Source of the DNA: Candidatus Nanosyncoccus sp.
Lineage (GTDB): Bacteria; Patescibacteriota; Saccharimonadia; Saccharimonadales; Saccharimonadaceae
NCBI GenBank assembly: GCA_045632725.1
Contig: JAZQXF010000038.1
Location: 10,179-74,178 of the forward strand
Length of the DNA: 64,000 nucleotides
Direction: 5' to 3'
Made by a program: the position numbers and the translations under genes
Notes under the pieces: generated by a model
Seen by the model: only the letters and a program-made list of their open reading frames with translations
Database searches by the model: none
Told to the model about the DNA's origin: nothing
In this document: positions 61,671 to 64,000 of the stretch, one piece after another
Position numbering within the stretch: position 1 is the first letter of the stretch
How the letters are laid out: every line of letters starts with the position of its first letter

Positions 61671-63119
61671 TTAATAATTCACTTCCCCTAATTTTAACAT
61701 TTTTCGCCTCAAAAGTCCAACCAGCAAAGGAATAAATATCGCCATATATATCCCAAACACCCATACTTGATATGGCTCTATCTCTATCAGAAAACTTTTC
61801 ATTCCACCAAAAAACTCCACCACCGCAATATGAAATTCTAATAATTTTGTTGCTATAAATGCCACTACCATTTCTATACCAGGTATGCCCGCCACTACGC
61901 CAACCAAAAACACCAAACCCATCGCATACGGCAAAGTCGGCAAAATTAAAAGATTTGCCATCACCGAAACCAACGATATGGTACCATAATAATACAAAGT
62001 TATTGGCAAAGTCATCATCGTAGCCGCCATCGTAGTGATAATCGTTTCAGCTATAAACCCAGGCTTCTTCCTTCCGTAAAAGAATCTTGTAAACCTTGGC
62101 CCCAGAATCATAATCCCCGCAAAACTCGCAAAAGACAAAAGCCAGCCCAAGTTAATGATAAACATCGGATTTACCAACAAAGTCCCCGCTGCCACTATCA
62201 AAATTATCCGCCACGGTGCTATCTTTCTCCCTACATACCACGCCATCAGAGTCAAAATTGTCATAATTCCTGCTCGCATTATTGATGGAGTCCAACCCAC
62301 CATCGCCATAAAAAATATCACAAATAAGATCGAAAACAATAATCCCGAAAATCGTGATAATCTACCAAAAATCTTCCGAGCAATCTCTACCAATATAGAC
62401 AAATGTGCACCACTTGCCACCACGATATGCACTAATCCTACAGTCCGTAAATCTTCACTTAAATCATCTGGTAACCCCGACTTCATCCCTAATAAATAAG
62501 ACAATCCTAAGTTAACTTGTGGTTCCGAAATTAGCCCCTTCACCCTCTCCGCAAACCAATTTCTTACCAATAACACCCAGTCGCCTGGCTCTGGTTTCAA
62601 AATCTTCTTTATAGTGGGCTTATACATATAGCCAGCATATATACCAAATCCCTCAGCTAGTTTCCCATTCACTGTAATCATATCAGACCTAGCCACATTG
62701 CTGTTATATCTTGCCGAAATATAAATACTTCCGCTGGCTGGCACTTCTTCTTCGCCAAATTTCAGATTTACTAACTTAATTTTTGTGCCACCCTCATCCA
62801 TCTCCGGATCACCATCCACCACGCCAGTAATCAAAACTGTTTGTCCATAAAATTGCCGAATATAATTCTCTCCCATTAGCTCGCTAGACACCCGAAAAAA
62901 TGCCATTATCATCCCCGCAATCAATGCTATCACTACAAAAACTAGCCTCGGCCACAAATATGCCACCATCATCAATATCAACGTAAACCCTATCCATATT
63001 GGTGAAGCAAAGAAATTTATTCTAAATACTAGCCCAAGCACCACACCTATTACCACACCCAAACACATCGCCACCAAAAAATACGATTGATGCAGACTCC
63101 TTTCCAATAAATTCTTCAT
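61671..63119 (-). CDS. comEC: ComEC/Rec2 DNA internalisation channel (competence domain only, no metallo-beta-lactamase domain)
   Basis: 482 aa, polytopic. GLVHIVVASGAHLSIL is the ComEC core motif. Confidence 0.75.
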   Translation of the reverse strand: MKNLLERSLHQSYFLVAMCLGVVIGVVLGLVFRINFFASPIWIGFTLILMMVAYLWPRLVFVVIALIAGMIMAFFRVSSELMGENYIRQFYGQTVLITGVVDGDPEMDEGGTKIKLVNLKFGEEEVPASGSIYISARYNSNVARSDMITVNGKLAEGFGIYAGYMYKPTIKKILKPEPGDWVLLVRNWFAERVKGLISEPQVNLGLSYLLGMKSGLPDDLSEDLRTVGLVHIVVASGAHLSILVEIARKIFGRLSRFSGLLFSILFVIFFMAMVGWTPSIMRAGIMTILTLMAWYVGRKIAPWRIILIVAAGTLLVNPMFIINLGWLLSFASFAGIMILGPRFTRFFYGRKKPGFIAETIITTMAATMMTLPITLYYYGTISLVSVMANLLILPTLPYAMGLVFLVGVVAGIPGIEMVVAFIATKLLEFHIAVVEFFGGMKSFLIEIEPYQVWVFGIYMAIFIPLLVGLLRRKMLKLGEVNY

Positions 63120-63285
63120 ATGATTTTGCTAACATACCTCAGCGACATTTTCAACCACACCACTACGCTTGCGCTTCCGTGCATACCCCTTGCGCTTTTT
63201 CATTACCCCAAAATATGATATAATTCATTCACGCACCCGTATTATCCACTTCGCACCTGCGACGCGTTAATCAAACCTTTCATTC

Positions 63286-63362
63286 GCACCCGTAGCTCAG
63301 CTGGATAGAGCATCAGTTTCCGGAACTGAAGGTCACACGTTCGAATCGTGCCGGGTGTACCA
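63286..63362 (+). tRNA. tRNA-Arg (CCG)
   Basis: Acceptor GCACCCG/CGGGTGT, anticodon arm TCAGT-TTCCGGA-ACTGA, CCA encoded. Confidence 0.85.
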
Positions 63363-63404
63363 AAATACTTTAAAAGAAAGCTTGCTTTGTTTTAAAGTAT
63401 TTTA
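63362..63404 (+). terminator. long AT-rich hairpin after tRNA-Arg(CCG)
   Basis: AAATACTTTAAAA-N14-TTTTAAAGTATTT (13-bp perfect stem). Confidence 0.6.
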
Positions 63405-63405
63405 A

Positions 63406-63445
63406 GCACCGCCCGGCTAGATAGCCGATCGTGCCGGGTGTACCA
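63406..63445 (+). repeat. tRNA-Arg(CCG) 3'-end duplicate forming an acceptor-stem-like minihelix ending in CCA
   Basis: GCACCGCCCGG-CTAGATAGCCG-ATCGTGCCGGGTGTACCA. The last 20 nt are identical to the tRNA 3' end at 63343-63362. Confidence 0.75.
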
Positions 63446-63455
63446 AATAACACTC

Positions 63456-63532
63456 GCACTCGTAGCTCAGCGGATTAGAGCACTTGTCTTCGGAACAAGG
63501 GGTCGTGGGTTCGAATCCCTCCGAGTGTACCA
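63456..63532 (+). tRNA. tRNA-Arg (TCG)
   Basis: Acceptor GCACTCG/CGAGTGT, anticodon arm CTTGT-CTTCGGA-ACAAG, CCA encoded. Confidence 0.85.
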
Positions 63533-63571
63533 AATATTATAAATGAGAGTTTACTCCCATTTATAATATTT
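63533..63571 (+). terminator. long AT-rich hairpin after tRNA-Arg(TCG)
   Basis: AAATATTATAAATGAGAG-TTTA-CTCCCATTTATAATATTT. Confidence 0.6.
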
Positions 63572-63644
63572 GTAACGAGGTTGGAGATTATCTATCCCTC
63601 CAAATATACCATTTTCCCAATTCTATGATATAATATAAATAAGT

Positions 63645-63721
63645 GGTACCGTAGCTCAGCTGGTTAGAGCGTGGGACTCATAAGCCCAAGGTCACTGGTT
63701 CAAGCCCAGTCGGTACTACCA
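63645..63721 (+). tRNA. elongator tRNA with CAT anticodon (Met, or Ile2 if lysidinylated)
   Basis: Acceptor GGTACCG/CGGTACT, C11:G24 (elongator type), anticodon loop CTCATAA, T arm ACTGG-TTCAAGC-CCAGT. Confidence 0.8.
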
Positions 63722-63764
63722 AATTAAGACCTCTTGGTCTTTATTTTTATGCTATAATATTCCC

Positions 63765-64000
63765 ATGAAATCCAAAAAAGGCTTTACTATACTAGAAATT
63801 ATCATCGTTGCAGTTTTTGCATCATTACTGCTAATCCTTCTCTTTATTCAAAAATCCAATGTTGATGCCATGGATCGTGACAAAGTTCGTAAGACCGCCA
63901 TCAATGCTATGTATTACGCACTTGAAGAAAGCTTTTATAAAGACCACAGTTATTACCCAGAAACCATCTCCGAAGAGAACATCACAGTTATCGACCCAGC
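63765..64000 (+). CDS. type IV pilin-like protein (prepilin N-terminal methylation domain), 3' end outside window
   Basis: MKSKKG/FTILEIIIVAVFASLLLILLF. Start 6 nt after TATGCTATAAT. Confidence 0.7.
   Translation, partial: MKSKKGFTILEIIIVAVFASLLLILLFIQKSNVDAMDRDKVRKTAINAMYYALEESFYKDHSYYPETISEENITVIDP

Noticed and set aside
63129-63203. 24-codon basic ORF just upstream of comEC as a confident gene
   Set aside because: It has only a weak GGGG SD-like element and no clear promoter or terminator. It is mentioned in a finding but not listed as a feature.
63244-63252. DnaA-box-like TTATCCACT upstream of the tRNA-Arg cluster (possible replication origin)
   Set aside because: It is a single 8/9 match with no cluster of boxes, no adjacent AT-rich unwinding element pattern and no dnaA/dnaN nearby.
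1-64000. CRISPR arrays, rRNA genes, IS transposases, integrases and prophage genes
   Set aside because: I looked for regularly spaced direct repeats, rRNA-like conserved blocks and DDE/HUH/tyrosine-recombinase motifs in all listed ORFs. None was found. The only regularly spaced repeat is the 3 x 19-nt array at 28474-28530, which is too short for a CRISPR array and has no spacers.
1-64000. Alternative genetic code (UGA recoding, as in some CPR lineages)
   Set aside because: Conserved genes end at TGA at the expected lengths (e.g. the murB TGA overlapping the folD ATG), and no conserved protein needs read-through. Code 11 fits.

Overview
AT-rich, gene-dense bacterial chromosome segment read with the standard code (TGA is a stop; the murB TGA overlaps the folD ATG). 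The gene content suggests a reduced-genome Patescibacteria/CPR organism, possibly Saccharibacteria-like. This placement is inference and was not checked against any database. The supporting content is a housekeeping core (ychF, rnhB, rplS, ruvAC, radA, lepA, pnp, rpsO, truB, recA/recX, murB, folD, tpiA, class I aldolase, grpE/hrcA with a CIRCE operator, aspS, thyX, yebC), type IV pilus and competence genes (pilB, several prepilin-like genes, comEC), several very large secreted or anchored surface proteins, and 9 tRNAs. I saw no rRNA, CRISPR array, transposase, integrase or phage genes. Five signals stand out. (1) A family of GC-rich, highly structured palindromic elements sits in frame inside ychF, lepA, truB and murB, with one more copy between tsaE and tsaB. 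The copies share a conserved asymmetric internal loop, and their stems stay complementary although the sequences differ. (2) A cassette-like accessory array lies at the 5' end of ychF. It is bounded by three decaying copies of the ychF promoter/start region and punctuated by two other repeat modules. It carries CYTH, zinc-ribbon, PD-(D/E)XK and JAB/MPN-like genes. (3) About 20 genes use a leaderless layout, with TGnTATAAT 6-8 nt before the ATG. Orphan, GC-richer genes instead use TTGACA-N17-TATAAT plus a strong Shine-Dalgarno. (4) Inverted repeats bracket a whole 1.9-kb surface-protein gene. (5) tRNA genes are followed by partial copies of their own 3' ends, and a rare tRNA-Ile(UAU) is present.
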